Below, in pieces: positions 28,284-37,317 of a DNA stretch of 64,000 bases (position 1 is its first letter; each line of letters starts with the position of its first letter). This DNA comes from Patescibacteria group bacterium. GTDB taxonomy: Bacteria > Patescibacteriota > UBA1384 > 2-12-FULL-50-11. Location of the stretch: contig BOKZ01000001.1 of the NCBI GenBank assembly GCA_016861245.1, forward strand, positions 347,382-411,381. Reading direction: 5' to 3'. Both the position numbers and the translations under genes were made by a program. The notes below the pieces were generated by a model that had not been told where the DNA came from, made no database searches, and worked only from the letters and a program-made list of their open reading frames with translations.

Positions 28284-28320
28284 AAAAACGGCTCGGTTGG
28301 AACGAATCCAAACCGAGCCG
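28281..28320. repeat. 40-bp hairpin repeat, copy 1 (terminator-like)
   Basis: TAAAAAAACGGCTCGGTTGGAACGAATCCAAACCGAGCCG; 38/40 identical to 29028-29067. Confidence 0.85.
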
Positions 28321-28326
28321 GAGGAA

Positions 28327-28959
28327 CTAGAAGTTCTCCATAGCAGCGAAATATGAGGAGAAGTGTGTCCGAAGTTGGCCGACGGTTTCGACCTCAGCAG
28401 GAATCACGATTCGCATTCCGCAGCCGCTACAGACGAGAGCGTTGTGGGTTGACGAGATTTGTTTGAGCTCAACTCTGTAGCTGCATATTGAGTGAGCAAT
28501 TGAGCCGGAACAAGCGAGTTTCGTCTCCTCTCCTTTATGAGCGAAATTCTGCGAGAACGTTGCTCGAATCTCCTCGCCGTAGCTGGAAACGACGACGGGT
28601 TTGAACGGTCCGATGTGTTCAGTAATCTCGCCTTCGAGATATTTCAGCGCTTCGTCGCGGCCTGGATGTTTGAGCAATCCGGCCGTCCTTCGCCAAATCA
28701 TCTCAAGATAGCAGGCGGGCTCGGAGTTATTATCCAAGCCCAGCGCCTTAATCCCGCTGAATGGGTTGGCTACGAAGCTTCTTGACTCGTCTACATCAAC
28801 GATTTCCCGACCGTGAACCGTCCCTTTTTCAAGAGTGGTGATCTCGTAACCGGCAGTTTCTAGGAGTTCGCGGATAACCGCATACTGTTCTTCTTCGGAG
28901 CTGATCTTGCCCTCGACCAAGTCGAGGAATTTTTCGTAATTTGAAGTTGCGACCGACAT
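28327..28959 (-). CDS. Hypothetical protein with a C-terminal Cys cluster
   Basis: 210-aa ORF, SD GGAGG, C..C..CSGC motif. Confidence 0.7.
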   Translation of the reverse strand: MSVATSNYEKFLDLVEGKISSEEEQYAVIRELLETAGYEITTLEKGTVHGREIVDVDESRSFVANPFSGIKALGLDNNSEPACYLEMIWRRTAGLLKHPGRDEALKYLEGEITEHIGPFKPVVVSSYGEEIRATFSQNFAHKGEETKLACSGSIAHSICSYRVELKQISSTHNALVCSGCGMRIVIPAEVETVGQLRTHFSSYFAAMENF

Positions 28960-29027
28960 TTTTCTACCTCCAATAGGTGTGCTGCAATTTTACGTAAATT
29001 ACTTATAAGATTCAATGAGCAACTATA

Positions 29028-29067
29028 TAAAAAAACGGCTCGGTTGGAATTAATCCAAACCGAGCCG
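29028..29067. repeat. 40-bp hairpin repeat, copy 2
   Basis: TAAAAAAACGGCTCGGTTGGAATTAATCCAAACCGAGCCG. Confidence 0.85.
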
Positions 29068-29081
29068 TAAAGGGAGGGTGC

Positions 29082-29282
29082 TTAGCCGACGTATCCAGGT
29101 CGACCGCGCTTGTGGGAGGTTTCTGCCTCTTGTAGAGCGCTTCGACATTTGGCGCAGTCATTCATGTGCAGGATTTCGGCACGATACTGAGTGCGGTCGC
29201 CCGTCTGAGCCATCTCGCGAATCCGCTCGGAGCTAATACAGGCCAAGGGGCGTCTGAGGGTTGCTAAATTTTGTTGATCCAT
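29082..29282 (-). CDS. Small protein with a zf-HC2 (ZAS)-like motif
   Basis: C-x23-HMNDCAKC; SD GGAG; followed by the repeat hairpin. Confidence 0.55.
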   Translation of the reverse strand: MDQQNLATLRRPLACISSERIREMAQTGDRTQYRAEILHMNDCAKCRSALQEAETSHKRGRPGYVG

Positions 29283-29403
29283 GTGCGATACTCCGGCGTC
29301 ATTTTATCATCTGGTTTCTCTCCACTCAAGAAGGTAATCTCCGTTATCACGTCAACGTTTGTTGACTAGACATGCGTTGTACTGTTTGCGATAAATATCC
29401 AGT

Positions 29404-29616
29404 TTGGACATCACTAATGAATACCAAGACCGGTGCCACCCGACGCACCGAACTCGCTACTCTGACTCGTCGCTCTACGACGAAGTCTGCGTTCTCTGTG
29501 GCGCTACCGATAACCCGTTGCTGTTTTTCGGAAGAAAATACTTCTACGGAAATCTGGTAAAACCGTGTCCGGCGTCAGAGGAGAAGCGACAAGCCTACGA
29601 CGCCGCGCGCCGCTAA
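29404..29616 (+). CDS. Small Cys/His-rich hypothetical protein
   Basis: CHPTH...CVLCGATD...PCP; followed by hairpin ACGCGAAGG-TATCC-CCTTCGCGT. Confidence 0.45.
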   Translation: MDITNEYQDRCHPTHRTRYSDSSLYDEVCVLCGATDNPLLFFGRKYFYGNLVKPCPASEEKRQAYDAARR

Positions 29617-29646
29617 CCGTTCGACGCGAAGGTATCCCCTTCGCGT

Positions 29647-30555
29647 TTATTTTATTGCCCAGAATTTCTTACTATTTTGTAATGGACGGAAGGCTCCGTT
29701 AATCATTTCGGGGGTATATGGGCCAACGTAATCACCGGTTTCTGCGTATCGATAAAGAGCGGCAGAGAAAATACTATTTAACGAGGCTAAATACATTGTT
29801 ATTGCGATAAAAATTGCAAATAATGTCGCGCTAATGGCAATACCCAAACCCATCGATAATATACCGTTGATCACTAACACGGTTAATGCGATTGCTGGAA
29901 AGATCAGGGCGAGTAATACGATGAATAATGTGAATATACCGATCGATACATCTGCGGTTACTCGCTCGCCCCATGCACGTTTCAATAATGCAGTTGAACG
30001 TTTGAGCGCTTCTATCGGACCAACGTCGTGTTTTACAAGTACTGGAATGATAAATACTACTGCTAGACTCCACGCCAGACCAGCCAATATCGCACCAACC
30101 TTTGCAAACACTCCAAGCCAACTCAATTTCTCATAAGCCATTTGGATGAGATAACCAACAACAGCAGAAAATATAGTCCATTTGAAAATGTTTTTACGCT
30201 TTCTCCACGCCGAGCCAAGGGATTGTCGAAGCGAAGGCTCCTCCCCATTCAAGGCAGTTTCGGCCGCAACAAACATTGTTGCCGAGGATAGTATGGAGAC
30301 AAAACTAACTGCGAGAAACGCAATTGCGGAGATGAGTGTAAACTGCCAGGGGGCAGTATCACTTTCAATTGAGGGCAGTATTCCAGCGCGATCCATCAAA
30401 AAAGCGCTACCACCAATTATTGGCGCTGTAATAAATATTAACACTGACAAAACCGCAATCGCAGATAACGCGGGATAAATAAGTAGTACCGGGTGCGATC
30501 GGACAACTTGATTGCTTGCTTTTAGCAAAGCGATACTTCGTTTGATTTTATTCAT
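29647..30555 (-). CDS. Multi-pass membrane protein (DUF6159-like)
   Basis: About 6 TM helices; AWS..FIIPV..ALKRS..AWGE and AALYRYA motifs. Confidence 0.7.
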   Translation of the reverse strand: MNKIKRSIALLKASNQVVRSHPVLLIYPALSAIAVLSVLIFITAPIIGGSAFLMDRAGILPSIESDTAPWQFTLISAIAFLAVSFVSILSSATMFVAAETALNGEEPSLRQSLGSAWRKRKNIFKWTIFSAVVGYLIQMAYEKLSWLGVFAKVGAILAGLAWSLAVVFIIPVLVKHDVGPIEALKRSTALLKRAWGERVTADVSIGIFTLFIVLLALIFPAIALTVLVINGILSMGLGIAISATLFAIFIAITMYLASLNSIFSAALYRYAETGDYVGPYTPEMINGAFRPLQNSKKFWAIK

Positions 30556-30762
30556 TTAGTTACTTTCTAGTGTAAAAACCTCATCTATCTTTTTGTTAAA
30601 AACTTGAGCTATCCTCCACGCTAAATGCAAAGAAGGCATATACTCGCCACGCTCTAGATATGCGATAGTCTGGCGAACAACCCCGACTCTATCGGCTAGT
30701 TCTTCCTGGGTTATCCCCTGGATTGCTCGTAACTCTCGAATGCGTGTAATTAATATCTGCAT
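30556..30762 (-). CDS. XRE-family HTH transcriptional regulator
   Basis: ITQEELADRVGVVRQTIAYLERGEYMPSL. Confidence 0.92.
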   Translation of the reverse strand: MQILITRIRELRAIQGITQEELADRVGVVRQTIAYLERGEYMPSLHLAWRIAQVFNKKIDEVFTLESN

Positions 30763-30768
30763 GCCACT

Positions 30769-30808
30769 ATGTTATATATTTTTTACAAATTGTCAAATAT
30801 TTATAACA
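30769..30808 (-). promoter_or_regulatory. XRE promoter overlapped by two TGT-N12-ACA boxes
   Basis: Minus-strand TTGACA (30796-30791)-16 bp-TAACAT; boxes at 30770-30787 and 30791-30808. Confidence 0.6.
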
Positions 30809-30852
30809 TGTATACCCTATGCAATTACCTTGGTATATGACAAGCTGGGTTT

Positions 30853-31506
30853 GTGATGAAAGTACTAAAATGGTTGGGGGCTACGGTTGGCGCAATCGTG
30901 CTACTATTTGCGTTATTTCTATTCCAGCCGTGGGCGTATTTACCGCACAAACATATCGAAATTTCATTGCCGTTTGCTCCCGAATACGACTCGCGGGTTA
31001 GCCTAATTCCAATGGGCGAAAAAATAGAACATAACGAAGCCAACGGTAACCCGAACGGTCACCCTGGTATCGATTTTGGGTTTATGGGTGTGACGCCCAT
31101 AATTGCTTCGGCCGACGGTTGGGTCTTTATGGCAGGTAAAACTGAGGCGGGGTCGATCGATGTCACTACATACTCGGGCTTTTATAAAATCGAGTACAAA
31201 GAACTCAACACAATCGAGCCAGAAATTAAGCGATTTGCGAAAGTTAGAAAAGGCCAACTACTTGGCTATACCGGTCGCGACAAGATTATTGAAGGGCGCC
31301 CAACCAAAGAGGATGGTTCGGGACAAATCCACTGGGAGCTAGCCTCGGCGTCGTTGTTGATCGATAGATTATGCCCAATGGGCTACTTTGACGCCGAATC
31401 CAGGCGACGAATTGAGGCGATTTGGGGTAGTGTACCCGCCGACAGCCAATTCAAAAAAGATTACCCAGATATTTGCAGCGGCGTCTTTAAAGATAAAGAA
31501 GATTAG
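30853..31506 (+). CDS. M23-family peptidase-like exported protein
   Basis: TM helix; GHPGIDF, IIASADG, VRKGQLLGYTG and QIHWE motifs. Confidence 0.75.
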   Translation: MMKVLKWLGATVGAIVLLFALFLFQPWAYLPHKHIEISLPFAPEYDSRVSLIPMGEKIEHNEANGNPNGHPGIDFGFMGVTPIIASADGWVFMAGKTEAGSIDVTTYSGFYKIEYKELNTIEPEIKRFAKVRKGQLLGYTGRDKIIEGRPTKEDGSGQIHWELASASLLIDRLCPMGYFDAESRRRIEAIWGSVPADSQFKKDYPDICSGVFKDKED

Positions 31507-31733
31507 TTAACGCCCAGGAACTTAAACAGGTCGTATACCATATAGGCCGGCCAGACGAGCGCTTTTAGAAATCCAAAAAAGTATTCGCCAAAACCATTGG
31601 CGGTCTGCCAGTAATAAATAATTGCGCCGATAAAACCTAAGCACCAAATCCAGCCGCCGCCGTTTTCGGCGTACTTATTAATAACAATCGCTTTCTTTGG
31701 AACATTTATATTTACTTCTCGTACTTCATTCAT
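31503..31733 (-). CDS. Small membrane protein
   Basis: GFIGAIIYYW...GFLKALVWPA. Confidence 0.7.
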   Translation of the reverse strand: MNEVREVNINVPKKAIVINKYAENGGGWIWCLGFIGAIIYYWQTANGFGEYFFGFLKALVWPAYMVYDLFKFLGVN

Positions 31734-31749
31734 AAAAACATTTTAGCAC

Positions 31750-31765
31750 GTAAAGCAAACTTTAC
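31750..31765. promoter_or_regulatory. Palindrome matching the dnaK promoter site
   Basis: GTAAAGCAAACTTTAC versus GTAAAGGAAACTTTAC at 26341-26356 (15/16). Confidence 0.55.
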
Positions 31766-31789
31766 TTTTTTGAGGTAAAATATTGCTGG

Positions 31790-32434
31790 ATGTCTACCCA
31801 GAAAGTAGTAGTTATTTCTGATTTACATTTAACAAAGCGGTTTGACCCGGCCAAATTTGAATTGATTAAAAATATCGTCTCGGACGCAGATCAGCTAATT
31901 ATTAACGGGGATTTGTGGGAAGGTTTTGGCATGAGCCTACAAGAATTTTTGAATTCTCGATGGAAGGAGTTATTTCCACTTTTTAAACAGAAAAACGCTG
32001 TATATTTGTTCGGTAACCACGATCCGAAAAACGTAGAGGATTATTCAATTCTTTCCGAGAGAGTAGCGACGAGCTATGAGTTTTCGCAAGCTGGTACAGA
32101 ATTCTATGTCGCGCATGGCGATCTACTAGATCCAACGTTGGACATGCGACATCCAAACTTACCCAAGTGGATTTTGAATTTTGGTTCAGTACTAGAACGG
32201 TTACTAATAAGTTTTATCGGGAGACCGTATCTAAATGTATACCGAACCAGCAACCAGAGGATGAAAAATTGGCATAAAAGTAATAAATCAGAAAAGTGGT
32301 TAATTTGCGGACACAGCCACCTCCCCGAGATTGACGCGGCGACTAGATTTGCTAACTCTGGGATATTCTTACGACCAGGTCTGGCAAGTTTCTTGGTAGT
32401 GCACAATGGAAAGGTAGAGCTTAACTATGTCTAA
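31790..32434 (+). CDS. Calcineurin-like metallophosphoesterase
   Basis: ISDLHL, NGD, GNHD, AHGD, GHSH and NSG motifs. Confidence 0.9.
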   Translation: MSTQKVVVISDLHLTKRFDPAKFELIKNIVSDADQLIINGDLWEGFGMSLQEFLNSRWKELFPLFKQKNAVYLFGNHDPKNVEDYSILSERVATSYEFSQAGTEFYVAHGDLLDPTLDMRHPNLPKWILNFGSVLERLLISFIGRPYLNVYRTSNQRMKNWHKSNKSEKWLICGHSHLPEIDAATRFANSGIFLRPGLASFLVVHNGKVELNYV

Positions 32435-33029
32435 AGACTATTACGACGTTCTTGGTGTTTCAAAAACTGCTTCAGAAGTAGAAATTAAAAAAGCCTACAG
32501 GAGCAAGGCTCATAAGCTGCATCCGGACAAAGGTGGTGACGCTGAGAAATTCAAAGAAATTAACGAAGCGTATCAAGTGCTTGGGGATCCGCAGAAAAGA
32601 GCGCAGTATGACCAGTTTGGTCACGCCGGAACACGTGGTGGATACGGTGGCGGTCAAGCTGGTGGACAAGGTTTCGGCGGGTTTGATTTCTCAGGAGCTG
32701 GATTCGGCGGTCAAGCCGGCGGCTTTGGTTCAATTTTCGAGGACTTATTTGAATCAGCATTCTCACAAGTTCAAGTACAGCTTTCCATCTCAATTCCCCA
32801 GGCAGTTCTTGGTGATACCGTTCGGTTCAAAACCAACTTTGGTGACGAGATCGAACTAAAAATCCCTGCCGGTGCCCAAGATGGCATGGCTTTTCGGTTT
32901 CGTGGTAAGGGGCAGCAAACCCGTCGCGGTCGCGGTGATTTAACTGTTGTACTGCATATTGAAATTCCGAAGCGCCTCTCTCGTGAACAGCGAGAACTTT
33001 ACGAACAACTTAAAAGTCTCGATAGATAG
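32427..33029 (+). CDS. dnaJ: Short DnaJ/CbpA-like co-chaperone (no zinc finger)
   Basis: J domain with HPD, G/F-rich linker, single C-terminal subdomain. Confidence 0.85.
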   Translation: MSKDYYDVLGVSKTASEVEIKKAYRSKAHKLHPDKGGDAEKFKEINEAYQVLGDPQKRAQYDQFGHAGTRGGYGGGQAGGQGFGGFDFSGAGFGGQAGGFGSIFEDLFESAFSQVQVQLSISIPQAVLGDTVRFKTNFGDEIELKIPAGAQDGMAFRFRGKGQQTRRGRGDLTVVLHIEIPKRLSREQRELYEQLKSLDR

Positions 33030-34085
33030 TTAGGCCGTATTTTGTTTCAAAAATTCCAAGACGATTTTTTCTTCTGGCAGTAAATCAACAGTGTCGATTT
33101 CGATCGTATTAATCTCTTTTATTGTTAGCCCCGAGTCGCTCAAGAACGTTTCGATAATAGTTGGGTGGATGTAGCACTTACGACAGACAGTCGGTGTGTT
33201 ACCGAGCTCTTTGGCTACTTCTTTAACGATTTGTGAAACTATTCTCTTGTTTTCCCGCTCGGTTCTGGCGCGCTCAGCGTCTGCCAGGAACCATGCAGCT
33301 AACACGGTACCGCGCCAAGTCCGAAAATCCTTGGCGGTAAATAAATCGTTGGCTGCTTCCTGGATGTACTCGTTAACATCTGACGAATCGATTGAGTGGA
33401 GGTTGTCGTCTTCGTCGATAAACTGGAATAAGTCCTGGCCGGGCAAATCCTGGAGCCGTCCAATCAGACGAGCAAGCCGGCGATCCTCGAGCTCAATTGT
33501 GTGGAACTGTCCGCTTTTACCTTTAAAGTTAATCGTCACTTTTTGGCTACCGACATCGACGTGACGGTTTTGTAGTGTTGTTAAACCGTACGACTGATTC
33601 TCGCGGGCGTACTGCTCGTTGCCGATTCGAATCATCGTTTTTTCAAGTAATTTTACGATCGTGGCTAATACTTTCTCGCGCGGCAGGCCGCGCTTGGCGA
33701 GATCTTCTGAGACCTGCGTACGAATTTTCGGTAAGGCTTTACCGAAATCTATGAGCTTGTCGTATTTGGTTTGGTCGCGGAATTTGAGCCAGTCGGGGTG
33801 GTAGCGATATTGTTTACGCCCCTTTTCGTCGATCCCAACTGCCTGAAGATGACTATTATCGACAGGAGAAATTCGGACCTCAGTCCAGGCTGGCGGCAGC
33901 ACTAGCGATTTTATTCTAGCAATCGTTTCTTTATCAGTAATCGGTTGCTCGTCTTTATCGACGTACCGAAAGCCTTCGCCGTGTTTAAGGCGGGAGATCG
34001 TTAGTTTTGAGTCGGTAAAATAGCGCAAACCAGCCTCTTTTGCAGATTCGACAGGGTTTTTGACGAGCTCAACAGCATCGCTCAT
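33030..34085 (-). CDS. DNA topoisomerase IB (bacterial type)
   Basis: LPPAW, GRKQYRYH, IRIGNEQY, FKGKSG, AKDFRTW and LGNTPTVCRKCYIHP motifs. Confidence 0.95.
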   Translation of the reverse strand: MSDAVELVKNPVESAKEAGLRYFTDSKLTISRLKHGEGFRYVDKDEQPITDKETIARIKSLVLPPAWTEVRISPVDNSHLQAVGIDEKGRKQYRYHPDWLKFRDQTKYDKLIDFGKALPKIRTQVSEDLAKRGLPREKVLATIVKLLEKTMIRIGNEQYARENQSYGLTTLQNRHVDVGSQKVTINFKGKSGQFHTIELEDRRLARLIGRLQDLPGQDLFQFIDEDDNLHSIDSSDVNEYIQEAANDLFTAKDFRTWRGTVLAAWFLADAERARTERENKRIVSQIVKEVAKELGNTPTVCRKCYIHPTIIETFLSDSGLTIKEINTIEIDTVDLLPEEKIVLEFLKQNTA

Positions 34086-34112
34086 GTGGGTAGTGTAACA
34101 CGACTTGTAGAT

Positions 34113-34141
34113 TTGACACTCGAGCCGCTTCTTTAGATACT
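34113..34141 (+). promoter_or_regulatory. Sigma70-type promoter
   Basis: TTGACA-17 bp-GATACT; SD AGGAGG downstream. Confidence 0.6.
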
Positions 34142-34161
34142 AATTTATAGGAGGACAAAGG

Positions 34162-34689
34162 GTGCAAACCGTTCCAAGTTGGGATTTATTCTTAATCATC
34201 TTTTTCATCGTTAGCATCGGGTACAGTTTTGTGCTTCAGCGAGATAAGGTAATTGTGACGCTTCTTGCCATATACGTAGGTATCGTGATGGCTAATATTC
34301 TCGGTGGACCGTTACAGGCCTTCTTTAACGGCGACAAAACCGTTGCGAACCAGCTGTTTATTCGAGCGAACGCCTCGCCGTTTTCGATTCAAAGTGGCGT
34401 GTTTCTACTTACCATTATCCTCGTGACGATACGATCTGGATTGGGAATCGGCTCGTCGTCGCGCGGGAAATTAACTGCGTTTGAGCTGGCGATCTTTAGT
34501 TTTTTAAATTCAGCGTTAATTTTGGCTGCGGTTTTCTCGTTCATGACACCCGAAGCCAAAGCCGCGTTTGCCGAAACTTCTCGTGTGGCGAGGGTTATTA
34601 TTAATAAGGAAGTTTGGTGGATGGTGGCGCCGCTCATTGCGCTGATTGCCACCGGTGGACTCGGTAAGGGTAGAAGCTCGGATTACTAA
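34162..34689 (+). CDS. Membrane protein (CvpA-like topology)
   Basis: About 5 TM helices; own promoter and SD. Confidence 0.7.
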   Translation: MQTVPSWDLFLIIFFIVSIGYSFVLQRDKVIVTLLAIYVGIVMANILGGPLQAFFNGDKTVANQLFIRANASPFSIQSGVFLLTIILVTIRSGLGIGSSSRGKLTAFELAIFSFLNSALILAAVFSFMTPEAKAAFAETSRVARVIINKEVWWMVAPLIALIATGGLGKGRSSDY

Positions 34690-34710
34690 AAGTGCCGGGT
34701 CGAGCCCGGC
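34689..34710 (-). terminator. Intrinsic terminator
   Basis: GCCGGG-CTCGA-CCCGGC-ACTTT on minus. Confidence 0.55.
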
Positions 34711-34716
34711 GTGTTG

Positions 34717-34842
34717 TTATCTCGCTCGGCAACGCCTGCCACGACGTTTGTCGCTGTAGCCTTGCGGTCGCTGGAACCGTCGTGCCCATCGGGCAACCAT
34801 GTGTGCGTTCGAGATCTTAGGTTTGCGAGTAAGTAAGTGCAA
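34717..34842 (-). CDS. Putative 41-aa Arg-rich small protein (not in ORF track)
   Basis: AGGAGG SD, TTG start, MHLLTRKPKISNAHMVARWARRFQRPQGYSDKRRGRRCRAR*, terminator directly after. Confidence 0.5.
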   Translation of the reverse strand: MHLLTRKPKISNAHMVARWARRFQRPQGYSDKRRGRRCRAR

Positions 34843-34957
34843 TGTCTACCCTCCTGGTGTTAGTAAAAACGTAACAAAAAACGGCTCACGGTCAAATTAT
34901 TACCGATTAACAGATTGAGGTTTTAAAGCGGATGTAGTAAAATTTATGGGTAACTGC

Positions 34958-35030
34958 GGGCCTGTAGCTCAGTCGGTAGAGCGTCGCCCTTTTAAGGCGA
35001 GCGTCGTGGGTTCGAGTCCCACCGGGCCCA
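34958..35030 (+). tRNA. tRNA-Lys(TTT)
   Basis: GGGCCTG...CGGGCCCA; arm TCGCC-CT TTT AA-GGCGA. Confidence 0.95.
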
Positions 35031-35037
35031 CAAACAC

Positions 35038-36240
35038 TTATAGTTGAGGGAGAATTTCCTCAAGTGCCTGGTTAACCGTTTTAACAGCTAACCCGCTTTC
35101 TCTGATTTCGGCTAACTGAGTTGCGAGTACCTCTGGTGTCACGCTGTACGCTGATCCAGAGTAGTCAACGTTGTGGTACATAAGTATCAGCCAAGATTTT
35201 TCTGTCCGGGCTGTGGTTAACCATGATCGGAACTGCTCGATACTGGTGTTAGGAGTTAGGTATTGTGAGCGTAGCCGGTATTGATTGAAATTGGTTTTAG
35301 TATTGAACCCGACATCTGAGGTTCTTTGTGAGCGATAGTACTTTTTTATTTGCGTTGTGGAGGCAGTATTGTACGCGCCATACGGCGCCGCGATATCGCT
35401 CACGACTCCACCGACGTATCGCTCCAAATATAATTTTGATTGCGCTAGCTCACTAACGAGCTTCTTTCTGGTTAAAGTAGTTAGGTCGTAGTGGTTGACG
35501 GTATGCGACGCCACCTGGTGGCCTCTCGAATAAAAAGCTCTAACTTCGGCTAACGACATGTAGCCAGGAGAGCCGATGAAACCGGTAACGATATACTGGG
35601 TACTCTTAATGTTATTTTGTTCAAGGATCGGCAACGCATTTTCGTAGATCGAGTGCCAGCCGTCATCAAAAGTAACACTCACAAGTCCGCGCTCAAATCC
35701 TGAGTTACTTATTGACTCAGGGGTTAACGAAAACGAATCTGTTGTCAACGAACCGATTGTTGAGATTAAGTGAAAAACACTAACCATTTTTGCAGATAGC
35801 GGTGTAGCAAACACATCGCTATATAACGTCCAATTTGAACTCGGTGCTGCAGAGCGCAACTCTGTATAGGTTATTGAGTCATCTTGATGTTGAACCATTA
35901 CCACAACGCGGCTCGTTGTATCGGCGAAGTAATAATCGGAAAACCGGTACAGCTGTCCGCCGATAATTGGTTGTGGCGTAAAATACCATTTGGCGTCGCC
36001 TGAGTTGTAGCGGGTAACTGTGGTGCGCACGGCGTAGCTACCTTGGTGACCTGTGTTTATATACTCGTACTGAGCGTCTAAATCTCCCCAGAGGTATCCA
36101 CGGTGCCAATCGATCGGCGTACTGTTAGTTGAATTCTCGACCGAATTATTCGGGATAAGGTTTTCTTCGGCGTAAGTAGTTGGAACTGTCCAGCCGAGCG
36201 AGAGCACGAAAAGGGCGGTAAAAAAATATCTTCGCATCAC
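35038..36240 (-). CDS. Secreted polysaccharide deacetylase (CE4) with an N-terminal CBM-like domain
   Basis: Signal peptide; NLIPNNSVE, TFDDG, SHTVNH, APYG and LMYH motifs. Confidence 0.88.
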   Translation of the reverse strand: MMRRYFFTALFVLSLGWTVPTTYAEENLIPNNSVENSTNSTPIDWHRGYLWGDLDAQYEYINTGHQGSYAVRTTVTRYNSGDAKWYFTPQPIIGGQLYRFSDYYFADTTSRVVVMVQHQDDSITYTELRSAAPSSNWTLYSDVFATPLSAKMVSVFHLISTIGSLTTDSFSLTPESISNSGFERGLVSVTFDDGWHSIYENALPILEQNNIKSTQYIVTGFIGSPGYMSLAEVRAFYSRGHQVASHTVNHYDLTTLTRKKLVSELAQSKLYLERYVGGVVSDIAAPYGAYNTASTTQIKKYYRSQRTSDVGFNTKTNFNQYRLRSQYLTPNTSIEQFRSWLTTARTEKSWLILMYHNVDYSGSAYSVTPEVLATQLAEIRESGLAVKTVNQALEEILPQL

Positions 36241-36278
36241 ATTCCCTGCATACTCCGAGTGTAGGAGTGATGCAAGTG

Positions 36279-37223
36279 CTAGTTGCCTTCAACCTGCGCG
36301 ATATTACCGGTAGCGTGCTTGAATGCGCTGGTGGCAGCGACAGAACCCATAGCGCTAGCAGTTATCACTTGTTTGAAGTGACCAAAAAAGTTAGTAGTGT
36401 CGCCAGCGGCGTATATGCCCTCGACGTTGGTTTCCATCATATTATTAACGCTGATATAACCGTAGTTATCTAACTCAACCCCCATTTTGACTGCTAGTTC
36501 TACTTCCGGAGTGGCGCCGATTTCAATAAAGAGCCCATCGAGCGTTACTTCTTTACCGCTTTTAAGCCTGACGCCGCTTAGTCGCTCTGTTCCTAGGAAC
36601 TCAGCGACTTCTTCGTGAAACAGTACTTCGATTTTGCCGGTGTTGATATGTTCTTTTATCCTCTCGTAATTAACTGGTTCGGCCTTGAAGTGATCGCTAC
36701 GAACAAACGAATAGATTTTATCGGCGTATTGGACTGCGAGGCTCATTCCCTTTACTGCAGCGTCGCCGGCGCCGACGATCCCGATCGTTTTTCCTTTGTA
36801 GAGCGGGCCGTCACAGGTGGTGCAGTAGTGGATGCCTTTTCCGAGCGCTAACTCATCTTCACGAGCTAGTCCTAACTTTTTCCTGGCCGCGCCCATTGTG
36901 AAAATGACAGTTTTGGTGCCAAATGTTTTCCCAGTCTCGGTCGTAAGCTCAAACGTCGAACCGGATTTTTTGATATCGGTAACGCGATCGGCGACAATCT
37001 CAACGCCTATTTTTTCAACCTGATCGCGCATTTTAACAACAAGATCGTAGCCGTCGATCGATTCGTATCCTGGATAGTTCTCGATAATCCACGCCGAGGC
37101 GGTAGCGCCGCCGAGCATGTCGCCAATTATAATCGTCGAAAGCTCGTAGCGAGCCGCGTACAACGCTGCGCTTAACCCCGCTACACCCGAACCAATAATT
37201 ATAGTATCAACCTGTTTTTCCAT
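36279..37223 (-). CDS. trxB: Thioredoxin reductase
   Basis: GSGVAG, IENYPG, CTTCDG, GAGDAA and AAGD motifs. Confidence 0.9.
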   Translation of the reverse strand: MEKQVDTIIIGSGVAGLSAALYAARYELSTIIIGDMLGGATASAWIIENYPGYESIDGYDLVVKMRDQVEKIGVEIVADRVTDIKKSGSTFELTTETGKTFGTKTVIFTMGAARKKLGLAREDELALGKGIHYCTTCDGPLYKGKTIGIVGAGDAAVKGMSLAVQYADKIYSFVRSDHFKAEPVNYERIKEHINTGKIEVLFHEEVAEFLGTERLSGVRLKSGKEVTLDGLFIEIGATPEVELAVKMGVELDNYGYISVNNMMETNVEGIYAAGDTTNFFGHFKQVITASAMGSVAATSAFKHATGNIAQVEGN

Positions 37224-37317
37224 TTCGTACTTTCGAACGTACCGGGTTTTGGCCGAAGCGGCAACCCTTGAAAGTTGCTTCATTTTGGATTACGGCTTGC
37301 TACAATGTTGATACAAG

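Noticed and set aside
26607-28311. Several antisense and alternate-frame ORFs inside dnaK
   Set aside because: These are typical shadow ORFs of a conserved, codon-biased gene.
31743-31749. TTAGCAC as a CIRCE element
   Set aside because: Only a partial half-site with no GAGTGCTAA arm; it is better explained as the extended -10 (TGCTAAAAT) of the minus-strand gene.
32630-32735. GGT/GGC-rich repeats in dnaJ
   Set aside because: They encode the normal G/F-rich linker.
34875-34886. AAAAAACGGCTC match to the 40-bp dnaK-distal repeat
   Set aside because: Only 12 bp, half of it an A-run, and the second hairpin arm is missing.
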